From Patescibacteria group bacterium (lineage in GTDB: Bacteria; Patescibacteriota; Microgenomatia; UBA8517), in NCBI GenBank assembly GCA_036381415.1, contig DASVCV010000001.1, positions 69,053 to 133,052 of the forward strand: 64,000 bases of DNA, read 5' to 3'. Shown here one piece after another: positions 18,277 to 28,523 of the stretch (position 1 is the stretch's first letter; each line of letters begins with the position of its first letter). A program made the translations under genes and the position numbers. The notes under the pieces are model-generated. The model was not told the origin of the DNA. It worked only from the letters and a program-made list of their open reading frames with translations, and ran no database searches.

Positions 18277-19518
18277 TCAGTCTTTCCACTTGCCTATTTC
18301 GGTTTGGGGAAGCTTTAACTTTTTGGGAGTTACTATTAGGAGAAAGATTGAGACAATAGCGGTGAGTGCTCCCATATAGACAAAGGTCATTCTCTCTCCT
18401 GAGTTTTTTGTTAAGAGGCCTGCAATTGGTGGCCAAATAATGTATGAGACATTAACAATTGAACTGGTAAAACCAATCATGTGCTTTTTTTCTTTTCCAA
18501 GTCTTTCCATAATGTCAGTAAAGACTCCATCTAGTATGGGGTAGCTAATTCCAAGAGCAATTGAGGAGGCAAGAACCATGGCTAACTGCCAAAGAATATC
18601 TCCGCTTAAAATCATTAGAATCAGGAAAAATCCTGTTAAGAATAAATACTTTTGAGAGAACTTCTTTTTGCCTTTTGAAATGGCAATTTTAGCTACAACA
18701 AATCCTGTAAAAAGGGATGGGAGTTGGTAAAAGCCAAGAAAAAGTGCACCTAATGGATTTACTCTTGCCAGTTTTTCAGTAAAGACTGCTCCTGTTGTCC
18801 AGAAAGTGGAGTCTATAAACCCCATAACCAGAGTCATTATTACTATTGGCCAAACATGAACTAAAAGTGTCAGCCAGTACTTTATTTCCTGCCATGGCTT
18901 AATTTTATTAAGGTTGGGCTCTAATGGCCTATCATGCATTTTGCTCCTAAATGTAAAGAGCATAAAAGCAAGAATTAAAAGAATAAGAGTAAAAAGAGCT
19001 GTTTCTATATTTCCTCTTATTAAAAGCCAGGTTGCAAACAAAGGGCCAAGAAAGTATGCAAGGTTTTTAAAAACTCCAAGTATTCCCCAGGCACCTGAGC
19101 GGGACTCAATTGGAACTGTACTTCCTATAAACTGGTAGGTAGCAAAAATTTCAAGTTCATAGTAAAGACCCCAAATGGTCATTGAGATTAGGAAGAAAAT
19201 CATTATTGGAGTTAAAGAAGAAACTAAAAGTGAAACTGAAGTAAGAGCACTCATTATCATTCCTAAAATCATTAACTTTTTTACAGAGGCATTTTTTAAG
19301 AGATTTGGAAAAATCAGATCTGCACCTAAACCAACTACAGATTGAAAACTAATAACTAATCCCATTTTTACCGGATCATGGAGAGTGTCTAGTAAAAGAT
19401 TGGGTACCCAAAAGGAAACTACTGCATCTGCAATTCTAATAAGTAAAACTACTAAAGAAAAACCAATTACCCTAGACCAAACAGGATCCTCTCTTATTAA
19501 ATTCAGGTACCTCTTCAT
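18277..19518 (-). CDS. MFS transporter
   Basis: 413 aa, about 12 hydrophobic helices, GPL / PPIAG helix-end motifs. Confidence 0.8.
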   Translation of the reverse strand: MKRYLNLIREDPVWSRVIGFSLVVLLIRIADAVVSFWVPNLLLDTLHDPVKMGLVISFQSVVGLGADLIFPNLLKNASVKKLMILGMIMSALTSVSLLVSSLTPIMIFFLISMTIWGLYYELEIFATYQFIGSTVPIESRSGAWGILGVFKNLAYFLGPLFATWLLIRGNIETALFTLILLILAFMLFTFRSKMHDRPLEPNLNKIKPWQEIKYWLTLLVHVWPIVIMTLVMGFIDSTFWTTGAVFTEKLARVNPLGALFLGFYQLPSLFTGFVVAKIAISKGKKKFSQKYLFLTGFFLILMILSGDILWQLAMVLASSIALGISYPILDGVFTDIMERLGKEKKHMIGFTSSIVNVSYIIWPPIAGLLTKNSGERMTFVYMGALTAIVSIFLLIVTPKKLKLPQTEIGKWKD

Positions 19519-19586
19519 TTATCTAAGATTAACACTAAACAAAGATGTGGTAAACGATTTGGAAATTAAGTGGTAAAATAGCAAGA

Positions 19587-20648
19587 ATGGCTGAGTCAGA
19601 AAGAGGCCTGGGGAGAAGAACTTTTATAAAGCAGTGTGTTTATGCAGGAGCTGCAACTTTACTAGGAGCAGGGACCAAAGCCATAGATATAGAGAACCGT
19701 CAGCCATACACCATTCCTGAAGAAATTCTACTAGAAAGAATAAGTAAACGTCCTGACAAAAACTTTTTACTTGGAATCTATCCTAACTCCCTTCCAGAAC
19801 TTCAAACATTTAAAAAATATATTGGGGGAGATTTTATTGCAGGAGCTTTTGCCAATGAAAGAACTTTTAGAAATGAAAAAAAAGCAAAAGAGTTTGTTGA
19901 TTTAGTTAACTCATATCATAAAGAAGGTGGAATACCTCTTATAGCTATTGGTTTGGCTGAGTCTTTTAATGATCTTCATCCTTTTGATATAAGAAATGAA
20001 GAGCTAATGACTATTTTTGCAGAAGAAACAGGAAACTTTTTAAACCAGTTCCCATATGAAGTTTGGGTAAGGCCATTTTTTGAGCCGGAATTTGAATCCT
20101 TTAGCTACGGCATTAATCATGGCCTTCCACTAGAAGACCACCAGGAAGGATTTAAAAGATCCTTTGCAATAATGTCGAGAGTTATTAAGGCAAAAAGAAC
20201 AGCTAAAACTCAAATTCATTTTTCTCCCTGGGTAGATACATATCCTTACCACAGGTTTCCTATTGATGGATATTATCCTGGAAATGAGACATTAGATGGA
20301 GCAGGAGGAGATGGATATGACTTTTATCCTGGAAGATTTGAACCTTTAAACAGCCATTTTTGGGAGGGGAAAATTTCTCCTGAGGAGACTTTTGGTGATT
20401 TTTTTGGAAAATTATTAAAAAAGACAAATGGACAGAAACCTTTATATGTTTATGAGTCAGGATCTGCAACTGATAATTCAGGATGGCTAAAGCATGCAGT
20501 CTTTTATGCAATGTCTATTCCACAGGTGCATGGATTTGTTCACTTTGGAGAAGATAAAAGAAAATCTAAAGATAAAATAAACTGGACCCCAAGCCTAGCT
20601 ACTATAGAAATGTATGGGAGTGTACAAAAACTTATTATTAATTCCTAA
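19587..20648 (+). CDS. GH26-like glycoside hydrolase with twin-arginine-like N-terminus
   Basis: RRTFIK + hydrophobic stretch; VRPFFEPE, FSP, YYPG..DG.G.DGY, KPLYVYESG match the GH26 pattern. Confidence 0.65.
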   Translation: MAESERGLGRRTFIKQCVYAGAATLLGAGTKAIDIENRQPYTIPEEILLERISKRPDKNFLLGIYPNSLPELQTFKKYIGGDFIAGAFANERTFRNEKKAKEFVDLVNSYHKEGGIPLIAIGLAESFNDLHPFDIRNEELMTIFAEETGNFLNQFPYEVWVRPFFEPEFESFSYGINHGLPLEDHQEGFKRSFAIMSRVIKAKRTAKTQIHFSPWVDTYPYHRFPIDGYYPGNETLDGAGGDGYDFYPGRFEPLNSHFWEGKISPEETFGDFFGKLLKKTNGQKPLYVYESGSATDNSGWLKHAVFYAMSIPQVHGFVHFGEDKRKSKDKINWTPSLATIEMYGSVQKLIINS

Positions 20649-20664
20649 ATTGTTTATCAAATAC

Positions 20665-21300
20665 TCATTTGTAATTTAAGAGTAAAAGAACTTGATCATC
20701 AGTTATGGCAGAAAAATCATGGTAGAACTCCCCTATATTTTTAAAAGACTTGGGAGATGCAATACAAACAACTTCATCAGCTTCTTTTTCAATTTTAATC
20801 TTGGCATCAAGTGCACATACTGGACAGGCAAAGATGATTAGGTCAGGATTTAATTTCTTTACAGAGAGAATGGCTGCGAGAGAAGTTACACCACGGGCCA
20901 CTCCATCATCAACCACAATTGCTATTTTTCCTTTAAGATATGGAAGGTCTTTTCCTTTTCTATAAAGATCTACTCTTCTTTCCAATTCTTTTTTTTCTTC
21001 ATTTATTTCTTTACCTACTTCTTCTTCACTAATTCCCAATTCTTTAATTAGTCTGGTGTCTAAAATCACAATTCCTTTTTCTGAAATTGCACCAATCCCT
21101 AGTTCATGATTTGCTGGATCTCCTACTTTTCTTGCTACAACTACTTCCCAGGGAATATTAAGTTCTTTTTGAACAGGAAGGGCAACGGCAACTCCACCTC
21201 TTGGGATTGCAATTAAAATTGCATCTTTATCTTTATAGTCTTTAAGAAGATAAGAAAGTTGCTTACCCGCATCAAACCTGTCTTTAAAAATTTCAGCCAT
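20665..21300 (-). CDS. phosphoribosyltransferase family protein
   Basis: FKDRFDAG, IPRGGV, VVDDGVARG PRPP-binding loop. Confidence 0.9.
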   Translation of the reverse strand: MAEIFKDRFDAGKQLSYLLKDYKDKDAILIAIPRGGVAVALPVQKELNIPWEVVVARKVGDPANHELGIGAISEKGIVILDTRLIKELGISEEEVGKEINEEKKELERRVDLYRKGKDLPYLKGKIAIVVDDGVARGVTSLAAILSVKKLNPDLIIFACPVCALDAKIKIEKEADEVVCIASPKSFKNIGEFYHDFSAITDDQVLLLLNYK

Positions 21301-21322
21301 TAAAAGATTTTAGCAGGTTTTT

Positions 21323-21796
21323 CTATCTACTCTTAATTTTATTAATCAATCTTTTAACAACTATCACTTTTTCTGTGTCTTCCATGCTTGCCTGTCTTAT
21401 GGATGAATCTATTGTTTTATCCAGCAGTTCTACTATATGCTCTTCAACTCCATCTTTTAACCTTTTGGCATTTATGGTTGTTTCAACCAATGGTTCTATT
21501 ACTGATTTTAAAATATCTTCATCTCTTCTTTTATCTTTTACCTGCAATATGAAGGCATCCTGAAGATCTCCAATTTCTAAATCTCCGCCTATCAACATTT
21601 TAGGTGCAACATTGTAAATTTTTTTAAGATAGGTGGTAACAGCCTGATGGGTTTGTTCTTGGTTCTTGTTTCCTAAAATATCTTCTCTTGAAGCTATCTC
21701 AATAGCTCCATCAATCATTCTTATTACAAAGCCAACTCTGCTTGCTCTTCCTACTCTATTTCCAAATTCTTTAAACATTGTATCAAAATATATCAC
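21323..21796 (-). CDS. hypothetical protein
   Basis: 157-aa ORF without overlap, co-oriented with the PRT gene. Confidence 0.6.
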   Translation of the reverse strand: MIYFDTMFKEFGNRVGRASRVGFVIRMIDGAIEIASREDILGNKNQEQTHQAVTTYLKKIYNVAPKMLIGGDLEIGDLQDAFILQVKDKRRDEDILKSVIEPLVETTINAKRLKDGVEEHIVELLDKTIDSSIRQASMEDTEKVIVVKRLINKIKSR

Positions 21797-21837
21797 CTTT
21801 TGATTCTTAGTTAAAGTTCAGGTAGAATGGCTTTTGA

Positions 21838-23022
21838 ATGAATAAAAAGCTTATTTTGGCTTTTGTCTTAGTACCGCTTGCTTTTGTGACTTTAGTTTTA
21901 GTCATAAGCTACAAAAATCGTACTTCACAAAAAAGTGCCGTACTAGCTAACCAAACTGCAGCTAGCACCCCTGGAAATCCTAAGCTAGAAATATATGACT
22001 ACAATGTTTTTCTTCAATACCCTACCAGTAATGAGTGGATTGCAGGGAAAGACAAAGAAGAAGTACTTCCTGGAACAAAAATTAAAACTGATAATAATGG
22101 AGTGGCTCAGCTAATTTATCCAAATGGGACAGTAACCAGACTTGGGAATGACACCCAGATTACTTTGTCTACCTATGAAGCATCTCCACAAAAAGTTTCT
22201 GTGTTTGTGGAAGCTGGAACAATCTGGTCAAGAATTACAAAATTATTAGGTGGAGAGTCATATGAATCTGAATCTAAAAACTTGGTTGCTACTGTAAGAG
22301 GAACTGTCTATGAACATACTGTACTTGCCACAGGTGAAGATAAAGTATCAGTAGACAGTCATGTAGTTCATGTTAACTGTTTAAAAACTAAGGTTGAAAC
22401 TGATGTAACTGAGGATCAACAGACTCAAACTTCCTGCGCAACTGTCCCTGTTGCCGTTGTTACTCCTATTAAAGAAAAACAGACCAAATGGGTAACATTT
22501 AATAAAGAGGAAGACAAAAAATTAAGGACAAGATTTAAAAATGCAAAGTATGATGAGGATGAGGAAAAAGACAAAGAAACTCCCACTCCTACACCAACTG
22601 CAACTTCCTCTACTTTAGGAGTATCAACTACTAAACCAACAACTACCCCAACCCCTACATCTACTCCCACTGTGACACCAACACCCACTCCTACACCTCT
22701 TCCTTTAAGTGTTACAGGGGTAAGCATAGTATGTGTTCCTAGACAGACCAGGTATTCATCATCTGTCTGTCAGGATGGATCAACTCAGATTGAATTAAAA
22801 GGAACTGGTTTTACTGATGGAATTAAGGTGTTTGCAATACCAACCCAATATACTGCAAGCCCTACTCCAATTGCCTCTGATACAAGTGGAGATTGGCCTT
22901 CTATTAAAAGCAGCAGCGACATGATTGCCCGTTTTACAACTGCCCTACAAGGCACTTACTATGTTAGGATTACTTTAAACAACCAGATTATAGATACCAA
23001 TGCATCTTTTACCATCTATTGA
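21838..23022 (+). CDS. FecR-domain membrane-anchored protein with Pro/Thr linker
   Basis: IKT...GTVTRLG.DT...G.IW...VATVRGT FecR pattern; N-terminal TM; TP repeats; C-terminal IPT/Ig-like region. Confidence 0.8.
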   Translation: MNKKLILAFVLVPLAFVTLVLVISYKNRTSQKSAVLANQTAASTPGNPKLEIYDYNVFLQYPTSNEWIAGKDKEEVLPGTKIKTDNNGVAQLIYPNGTVTRLGNDTQITLSTYEASPQKVSVFVEAGTIWSRITKLLGGESYESESKNLVATVRGTVYEHTVLATGEDKVSVDSHVVHVNCLKTKVETDVTEDQQTQTSCATVPVAVVTPIKEKQTKWVTFNKEEDKKLRTRFKNAKYDEDEEKDKETPTPTPTATSSTLGVSTTKPTTTPTPTSTPTVTPTPTPTPLPLSVTGVSIVCVPRQTRYSSSVCQDGSTQIELKGTGFTDGIKVFAIPTQYTASPTPIASDTSGDWPSIKSSSDMIARFTTALQGTYYVRITLNNQIIDTNASFTIY

Positions 23023-24985
23023 CACTAAAGCAGTCTCCCGAAAAGTAGTAAGAGGATTTTTAATAGGTCTTGGTATTTTTGTGCTTCTTAATACTGCCTA
23101 CTCACTTGGTCTTTTTTCATCCTGGCAGGCAAGATTGTCTGATTCTTTGTTTGTTGCAAAGCAATCTAATCCAAATATTGTAATTATTGCAATTGATGAT
23201 AAATCAATTGCAAAGATTGGAAAGTTTCCTTGGAACAGAAGTGTATATGCTGACCTTTTAAACAAAATGTCAGAGGGAAATACAAAGCCAGCTAGTATTG
23301 GACTAGATGTTTCCTTTTTAGAAAAAGGAAGTGAGAGTGAGGATAGCGCACTTGCAAGTAGTATTCATAAACTAGGAAATGTCACTATTTCAGCTGAAGT
23401 AAATCCTGATTCAGCTGTTCTTACACCTGTCGAAACACTAAGCAAGGAAGCAAATGTGGGAATTGCAAATACCAGTGCTGATAGTTTTGGAGTAACTAGG
23501 TTTGCCAAACTTCAACTGGTTTCAACTCAGAACAAACACTATGATGGGTTTGCTTATGCAGTAGCTAGAACATACTTAGGAAATAAATCCCTTCCTACTA
23601 CTTATTTAGACAATCTTCCCCTTTCTACACAAAGTGTAAGAATAAACTATATTGGAGGGCCTGGGTCATATATTACTTATTCTTTTAGTGATGTTTTAGA
23701 TGGCGAGGTTAATCCAAGGGTCTTTAGAGATAAAATAGTTTTAATTGGAGCAACTGCACCTGACTTACATGATAATCAGCTTACTCCTACATCTGGGTCT
23801 GATTTTATGAGCGGAGTTGAGATTCAGGCAAATACTATACAAACACTACTAGATCAAAGGTTTTTGGTTGAGGAATCAAAATTAGCTACAATTTTTACAA
23901 TATTTATTATTTCAGCTTTAGCATCTTCACTTTTTGTTCTCCTTCCTTTAATACCACTTACTTTTGCTTTTGTAGCTCTTGGTGGAGGGTTTATAGCATA
24001 TGTTATTTACTCATTTGACCATGGAGTGATTAGAAATATAATCTATCCTTCTCTTGCTATATTTCTAATTGGAATTACAAATATAGTTTATAAATATTTT
24101 TCAGAGATTAGAAAAAAGCAGTTTGTCAGAAAAGCATTTTCATACTATTTGTCTGAATCGGTAATGAGTGAGGTTTTATCTAATCCATCTAAATTAAAGT
24201 TAGGTGGAGAAAGAAGACCACTTACTGTTCTTTTTTCAGATGTAGCAGGCTTTACAACAATATCTGAAAAAATTCCTCCTGAGACACTTCTTGCACTTTT
24301 AAATCACTATTTAACTGTCATGACAAACATAATTTTTAAGTATAGAGGAGTTTTGGACAAATACATGGGAGATGGTGTGATGGCATTCTGGGGAGCACCT
24401 ATAAAAGAGGCTGATCATGCACTTCTTGCCTGTATGGCAGCTTTAGAAATGTATGACAAAGTTGGAGAAATTAGAAGTAATTGGGTAAAAAAAGGAGTTA
24501 GTTTTGATATAAGGATTGGAGTTAACAGCGGAGATATGATTGTAGGAAACATGGGCTCACATCAAAGATTTAACTATTCACTGGTTGGAGATGGAGTGAA
24601 TTTAGGAGCAAGGTTAGAAAGCATAAACAAGGAGTATGGAACACATATTATCATTAGCGAGAGCACATATAACCTTGTCAAAGAGAAAGTTATAGCCAGA
24701 AAGCTTGATATTGTAGCTGTTAAAGGCAAGGAAAAAGGAATTGCAATATATGAGCTTATTGGGGTAAAAACAGGTACATTTGATGAGACATTTTTGAAAG
24801 AATTTGAAGAAGCTAGAAAAGAATATGAAGATGGAAAATTCCTAGAAGCACTTGGTAAATTTAAAATATTGAGTAAGAAATACCCTAGTGATAGCCCAAC
24901 TGGTATATACTTAGCTCGACTACGAATATTATCCAAAGCTCGACCAAGGAATTGGACTGGAGTATATCACTCACAAACTAAATAG
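23000..24985 (+). CDS. CHASE2-sensor class III adenylate/guanylate cyclase
   Basis: IDDKS..FPW.R and SGVEIQAN (CHASE2), three TMs, FSDVAGFT, DKYMGDGVMAFWG, GDGVNLGARLE. Confidence 0.93.
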   Translation: MHLLPSIDTKAVSRKVVRGFLIGLGIFVLLNTAYSLGLFSSWQARLSDSLFVAKQSNPNIVIIAIDDKSIAKIGKFPWNRSVYADLLNKMSEGNTKPASIGLDVSFLEKGSESEDSALASSIHKLGNVTISAEVNPDSAVLTPVETLSKEANVGIANTSADSFGVTRFAKLQLVSTQNKHYDGFAYAVARTYLGNKSLPTTYLDNLPLSTQSVRINYIGGPGSYITYSFSDVLDGEVNPRVFRDKIVLIGATAPDLHDNQLTPTSGSDFMSGVEIQANTIQTLLDQRFLVEESKLATIFTIFIISALASSLFVLLPLIPLTFAFVALGGGFIAYVIYSFDHGVIRNIIYPSLAIFLIGITNIVYKYFSEIRKKQFVRKAFSYYLSESVMSEVLSNPSKLKLGGERRPLTVLFSDVAGFTTISEKIPPETLLALLNHYLTVMTNIIFKYRGVLDKYMGDGVMAFWGAPIKEADHALLACMAALEMYDKVGEIRSNWVKKGVSFDIRIGVNSGDMIVGNMGSHQRFNYSLVGDGVNLGARLESINKEYGTHIIISESTYNLVKEKVIARKLDIVAVKGKEKGIAIYELIGVKTGTFDETFLKEFEEARKEYEDGKFLEALGKFKILSKKYPSDSPTGIYLARLRILSKARPRNWTGVYHSQTK

Positions 24986-25002
24986 TTAGGTTTATTTTAT
25001 TT

Positions 25003-25227
25003 ATGAGATCAAAGGAACACTATACAAATGCTAAAAGACAAGAAAGGTGCTATTCCTGCAGCGGCATTTACGACTGTCCTCTTTACCTTATTAAAAACGA
25101 TGGGTCTTACCTATCGAGTGCTATTAAAGTGACCCAGAGGCAGTGTGAAAGCTACAACGCAGTTCCTGGCAAAGGTGAACTGGAATATATTATTAAGGGA
25201 GCATTAAAGTATCCAAACATACAATAG
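25003..25227 (+). CDS. small Cys-containing hypothetical protein
   Basis: 74-aa ORF exactly filling the gap; CYSC...CP...C. Confidence 0.45.
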   Translation: MRSKEHYTNAKRQERCYSCSGIYDCPLYLIKNDGSYLSSAIKVTQRQCESYNAVPGKGELEYIIKGALKYPNIQ

Positions 25228-25231
25228 CTAT

Positions 25232-26719
25232 TTAAGGCTCAAGAATTGTGTCATATTTACTAACTGGCTTTGGAGCATACCGTTTAGCAACTTTTCCACA
25301 ACCTGTACATTTTTCTTCTTGCACAACTTTCCTAACCATTCCAGTTCCCTTTCCACCTATTAGCTTATTGTAGTTTGAAACTGCTCCTCCACAATGAGCA
25401 CACTCCTCACCTGTTTCTCCAAAAAAGCCAACAATAAAAGTGGAGCCTGGCCTAATGTTTTCCAGTTCTTTTGCCACCTCTTCAAATTCATTTTGCTCTT
25501 CTGGGGTAACTTCAGGACGGGCATCAAAATCAATAGCTTTTTGTTGTAGACCATCTGGAGGAATCTTTTTAGAAGGCTTAGGAGAATCTATCACATCACT
25601 GCCAGTTTTTAAGTATTGGGTAAGTTGGGGTTTGAAAACTCTTATTGCTTTTGCAAGCCAGGCTATTTGTTCATCTGCTTCTTTTCTATTTTCAATCTCA
25701 AATTTTTCCTGGGTAACAACTCCTGTCCTTTTATCAAACCAGTCATAATACAAATCAACAAAACCTTTAACCTGAAAATAGTGGTTTAGATCATATAAAA
25801 GATAGCAGCCATTTTTTCTTTTCATAAATCCTGTTTTTAAATATTTGGTTGCAAATGCTTCTATAAATTGTGTCATGACAAGAGCCTGCCAGTTGTGGAC
25901 TAACAAATCTTGCGGAGTACTTGGCATTTTGCCGGTTTTTAGATCGGTGGAAGCAACTCTTATTGCTCCATTTACTTCATATACTTGTATGGAATCAAAC
26001 CTTCCTGAAAATGTGACACCACATTTGAGGTTTTCTGCTCCTAAGGCTTCATAGTATTCATAGTAGTCATTAGGGCCAAAGCCTTCTTCTTTATAATTCT
26101 TTGCTATATAGTGGCTAACTAGCTTTCTACCTAGATCTAGAGTAGAAGGAGCAGTTCTTAATCTTTGTTCATACCTCCAGTCTTTAAGATCTCCAATTTC
26201 AATTAAATCAGGATCATTGTAAAAGCTTTCCCAAGCACTAAGTGCAACTGACTGGGCTTTTTCTAGAGAGGCTCCAAGAGGAATTTGATGATTTAAAAGA
26301 GCTCTCTGGTAAGGAACATTTCTTCTATCACTACTTGAAGGAAGTATTTTTTTGACATTATCAGGCTTAATTCTTTGTCCTACAAGGCCTGCTAGGACAC
26401 GGGCTTCATGGAGAGCAGTCCCTTGGACTGAAGCAGGAGAAATTCCTAATTCATATGCAGGGGGTACTTCAATATCACACCCCATTTTGTTGTAAAGGTA
26501 AATAATTATTTTTTCAAGATCGCTTATGCTTACTCTTTTGCCTGCTTCATCTTTTCTTAATTTTTGGTAAGTTGCATATTCTGGGGTGTGTTCAAGCCAG
26601 TAGTTAAGCTGGTACAGGGAAAATTTAAGATTGTCTTCAGGCTTAATAGGTTCTGGATTTTTTAGGGGCAAGGGGGCTATGTTTGGATTTGAAAAATATT
26701 GTCCTAGTTCTAATGACAT
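25232..26719 (-). CDS. RecB/Cas4-like PD-(D/E)XK nuclease-domain protein with C-terminal zinc ribbon
   Basis: GTALHE, SGRFD, DLKTG and downstream Q motif; CAHC...CTGC. Confidence 0.55.
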   Translation of the reverse strand: MSLELGQYFSNPNIAPLPLKNPEPIKPEDNLKFSLYQLNYWLEHTPEYATYQKLRKDEAGKRVSISDLEKIIIYLYNKMGCDIEVPPAYELGISPASVQGTALHEARVLAGLVGQRIKPDNVKKILPSSSDRRNVPYQRALLNHQIPLGASLEKAQSVALSAWESFYNDPDLIEIGDLKDWRYEQRLRTAPSTLDLGRKLVSHYIAKNYKEEGFGPNDYYEYYEALGAENLKCGVTFSGRFDSIQVYEVNGAIRVASTDLKTGKMPSTPQDLLVHNWQALVMTQFIEAFATKYLKTGFMKRKNGCYLLYDLNHYFQVKGFVDLYYDWFDKRTGVVTQEKFEIENRKEADEQIAWLAKAIRVFKPQLTQYLKTGSDVIDSPKPSKKIPPDGLQQKAIDFDARPEVTPEEQNEFEEVAKELENIRPGSTFIVGFFGETGEECAHCGGAVSNYNKLIGGKGTGMVRKVVQEEKCTGCGKVAKRYAPKPVSKYDTILEP

Positions 26720-26875
26720 CCTTTATTGATTGGGATGACATATCAGCACTAAAGTACTGATATAAAGCCATTAAACTTGCGGCCCTTATCATCCTATTAT
26801 TAAATGGATGAGCATGAAAATAGTCTCTTTTATATCAGACTATAGGCAAAAGGGGTCAATTTAAAGATGAGTTTA

Positions 26876-27139
26876 TTAATAAACTTGATTGTGGGTACCA
26901 ATATCGACTAGATATAACTCATCTTCAATTAATTGATATAAAACTCTTATATCTCCTGTTATTGAAAAGGAGTGAAGGTGGCTTTTAGACCCCTGAAGGC
27001 GGTGATTTTTTAAAATTGGATCATTGGGGTTTTGTGTAAACAAGGCAAATCTTTCTTTAAACCTTGCATCTAAACCTCTGTTTGGTTTAATTCTTTTCTT
27101 GTAGCTTTTCAAAAAATTCTTAGTGTAGTTAATCCTCAT
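26876..27139 (-). CDS. type II toxin, RelE/YafQ family mRNA interferase
   Basis: TKNFLKSYKK, LKNHRLQG, SFSITGDIRVLY, DIGTHNQVY. Confidence 0.9.
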   Translation of the reverse strand: MRINYTKNFLKSYKKRIKPNRGLDARFKERFALFTQNPNDPILKNHRLQGSKSHLHSFSITGDIRVLYQLIEDELYLVDIGTHNQVY

Positions 27140-27413
27140 TCAAATGCTTCATTAAATCATCTATGCTTTCTGCTCTATATACATTCTTCCCTTTGTCTAT
27201 CTCATCCAATATTTTATTATATCTTTTAACAGCTTTTGGAGACAAATGAATAACAGGCTCTCCAACATTAAAAGATATTTCTCTTTTGGCAAACTTAGTC
27301 AGGATTACTCTTACTGCTTCCTGGAGAGAAGAAAAACCATGTTCTTTGGCTGCTTCCAAGGCAGATTTTTTTAAATCAGTTGAAATTGGAACCTGTAGAT
27401 TAGTCATGCTCAT
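27129..27413 (-). CDS. cognate antitoxin (RelB/DinJ-like RHH)
   Basis: Upstream of and overlapping the toxin; beta-helix-helix N-terminus, C-terminal SIDDLMKHL. Confidence 0.82.
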   Translation of the reverse strand: MSMTNLQVPISTDLKKSALEAAKEHGFSSLQEAVRVILTKFAKREISFNVGEPVIHLSPKAVKRYNKILDEIDKGKNVYRAESIDDLMKHLNED

Positions 27414-27414
27414 A

Positions 27415-27430
27415 TGTTATGATTATAACA
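27415..27430. promoter_or_regulatory. putative TA operator (inverted repeat)
   Basis: TGTTAT-GATT-ATAACA immediately upstream of the antitoxin start, overlapping a TATAAT on the minus strand. Confidence 0.45.
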
Positions 27431-27553
27431 GTTTGATAACAGTTGTCAATCCCCTTCTTTTTGGAGATTATTTACACATCTGTTACAATACCAGGTAGAG
27501 GTGATTTTTGATGAATTATTTCACTGATCAAAAAACAAGGAGGTGTTATTTTA

Positions 27554-27751
27554 ATGGTTGTGGTCAAAAAACAAAAAGGCGAATCAGACGATCGATTGAT
27601 TGCCAGGTTTCGTAAAAAAGTAATTGATTCTGGTATCCTCATGGATTACCGTGACCGAGAACGCTACAAGAAAAAGGCAGAAAGAAGAAAAGAACAAAAA
27701 TACAGAATTGCACATATTAGGGAGCTTGAAAAGAAAAGAGCTAGCCAGTAA
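27554..27751 (+). CDS. rpsU: 30S ribosomal protein S21
   Basis: VKKQKGESDDRLIARFRKKV...RERYKK; AGGAGGTG RBS. Confidence 0.88.
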   Translation: MVVVKKQKGESDDRLIARFRKKVIDSGILMDYRDRERYKKKAERRKEQKYRIAHIRELEKKRASQ

Positions 27752-27799
27752 TACAGTTCATGTAATATAAATTAATCTTTCCTTCACACTTTTGGAGTG

Positions 27800-28462
27800 T
27801 TATTTACTTAAAAAGGTTTCTACAAAGAGTGATCTATGCAGATTTGTTGTGCCAAACTCTTTAATGGCATTTTGGTGTTCTCTTGTCCCATATCCTTTAT
27901 TTCTCCCCCATCCATAATTTTGGTATTTGGGGTTTTTAGAAAGAGTGAGCATTATTTTGTCTCTATGCACCTTGGCAATGATTGAGGAAGCTGCAATAGA
28001 AATTGATTTTGCATCTCCTTTAATTAAAGGCATCTGGTTTTTACGTTTTAATCCTTTGATATATGGAAGATAGAAAGCATCTATTAAAAGATAATCAATT
28101 GGAGAGTTAATCTTTTTGTTTGCACTAATAATTGCTTTCCTAAAAGCCATGTAAGTGGAAGGAACTATTCCAAGTTTATTAATAACAGAAACTGAAGCTT
28201 CACCTATTCCCCAAGTTAGACAATTCTTTTTAATCCAAATAGATGCTTTTTCTCTTTGGTTTGGTTTTAATTTTTTAGAATCATTAATGAGAATATCAGA
28301 CGGAATAATTAAATCCTTTTGAAAAACTACACAGGAAGATACAACTGGACCTGCAAAGCAACCCCTGCCTACTTCATCACAACCTGCAACCACTCTGTAT
28401 CCTTTTTTCCAAAGAGATTTTTCATATTTAAAATCAGGAAGAACCATTAGGATATTGTACAC
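27800..28462 (-). CDS. rnhB: ribonuclease HII
   Basis: GCDEVGRG, DSKKL, IDA, KGD, AASSIIAKVHRD, NKGYGT. Confidence 0.96.
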   Translation of the reverse strand: MYNILMVLPDFKYEKSLWKKGYRVVAGCDEVGRGCFAGPVVSSCVVFQKDLIIPSDILINDSKKLKPNQREKASIWIKKNCLTWGIGEASVSVINKLGIVPSTYMAFRKAIISANKKINSPIDYLLIDAFYLPYIKGLKRKNQMPLIKGDAKSISIAASSIIAKVHRDKIMLTLSKNPKYQNYGWGRNKGYGTREHQNAIKEFGTTNLHRSLFVETFLSK

Positions 28463-28523
28463 CTGTGAACCTTAATATCTGTGTCATCTTTTTATAAATT
28501 CTTATATTATTAATGCGAATAAT

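Noticed and set aside
22576-22700. ACTCC/ACACC-type short tandem repeats (also about 17700-17740 and 61820-61900)
   Set aside because: They encode Pro/Thr linkers inside proteins; no constant repeat-spacer periodicity.
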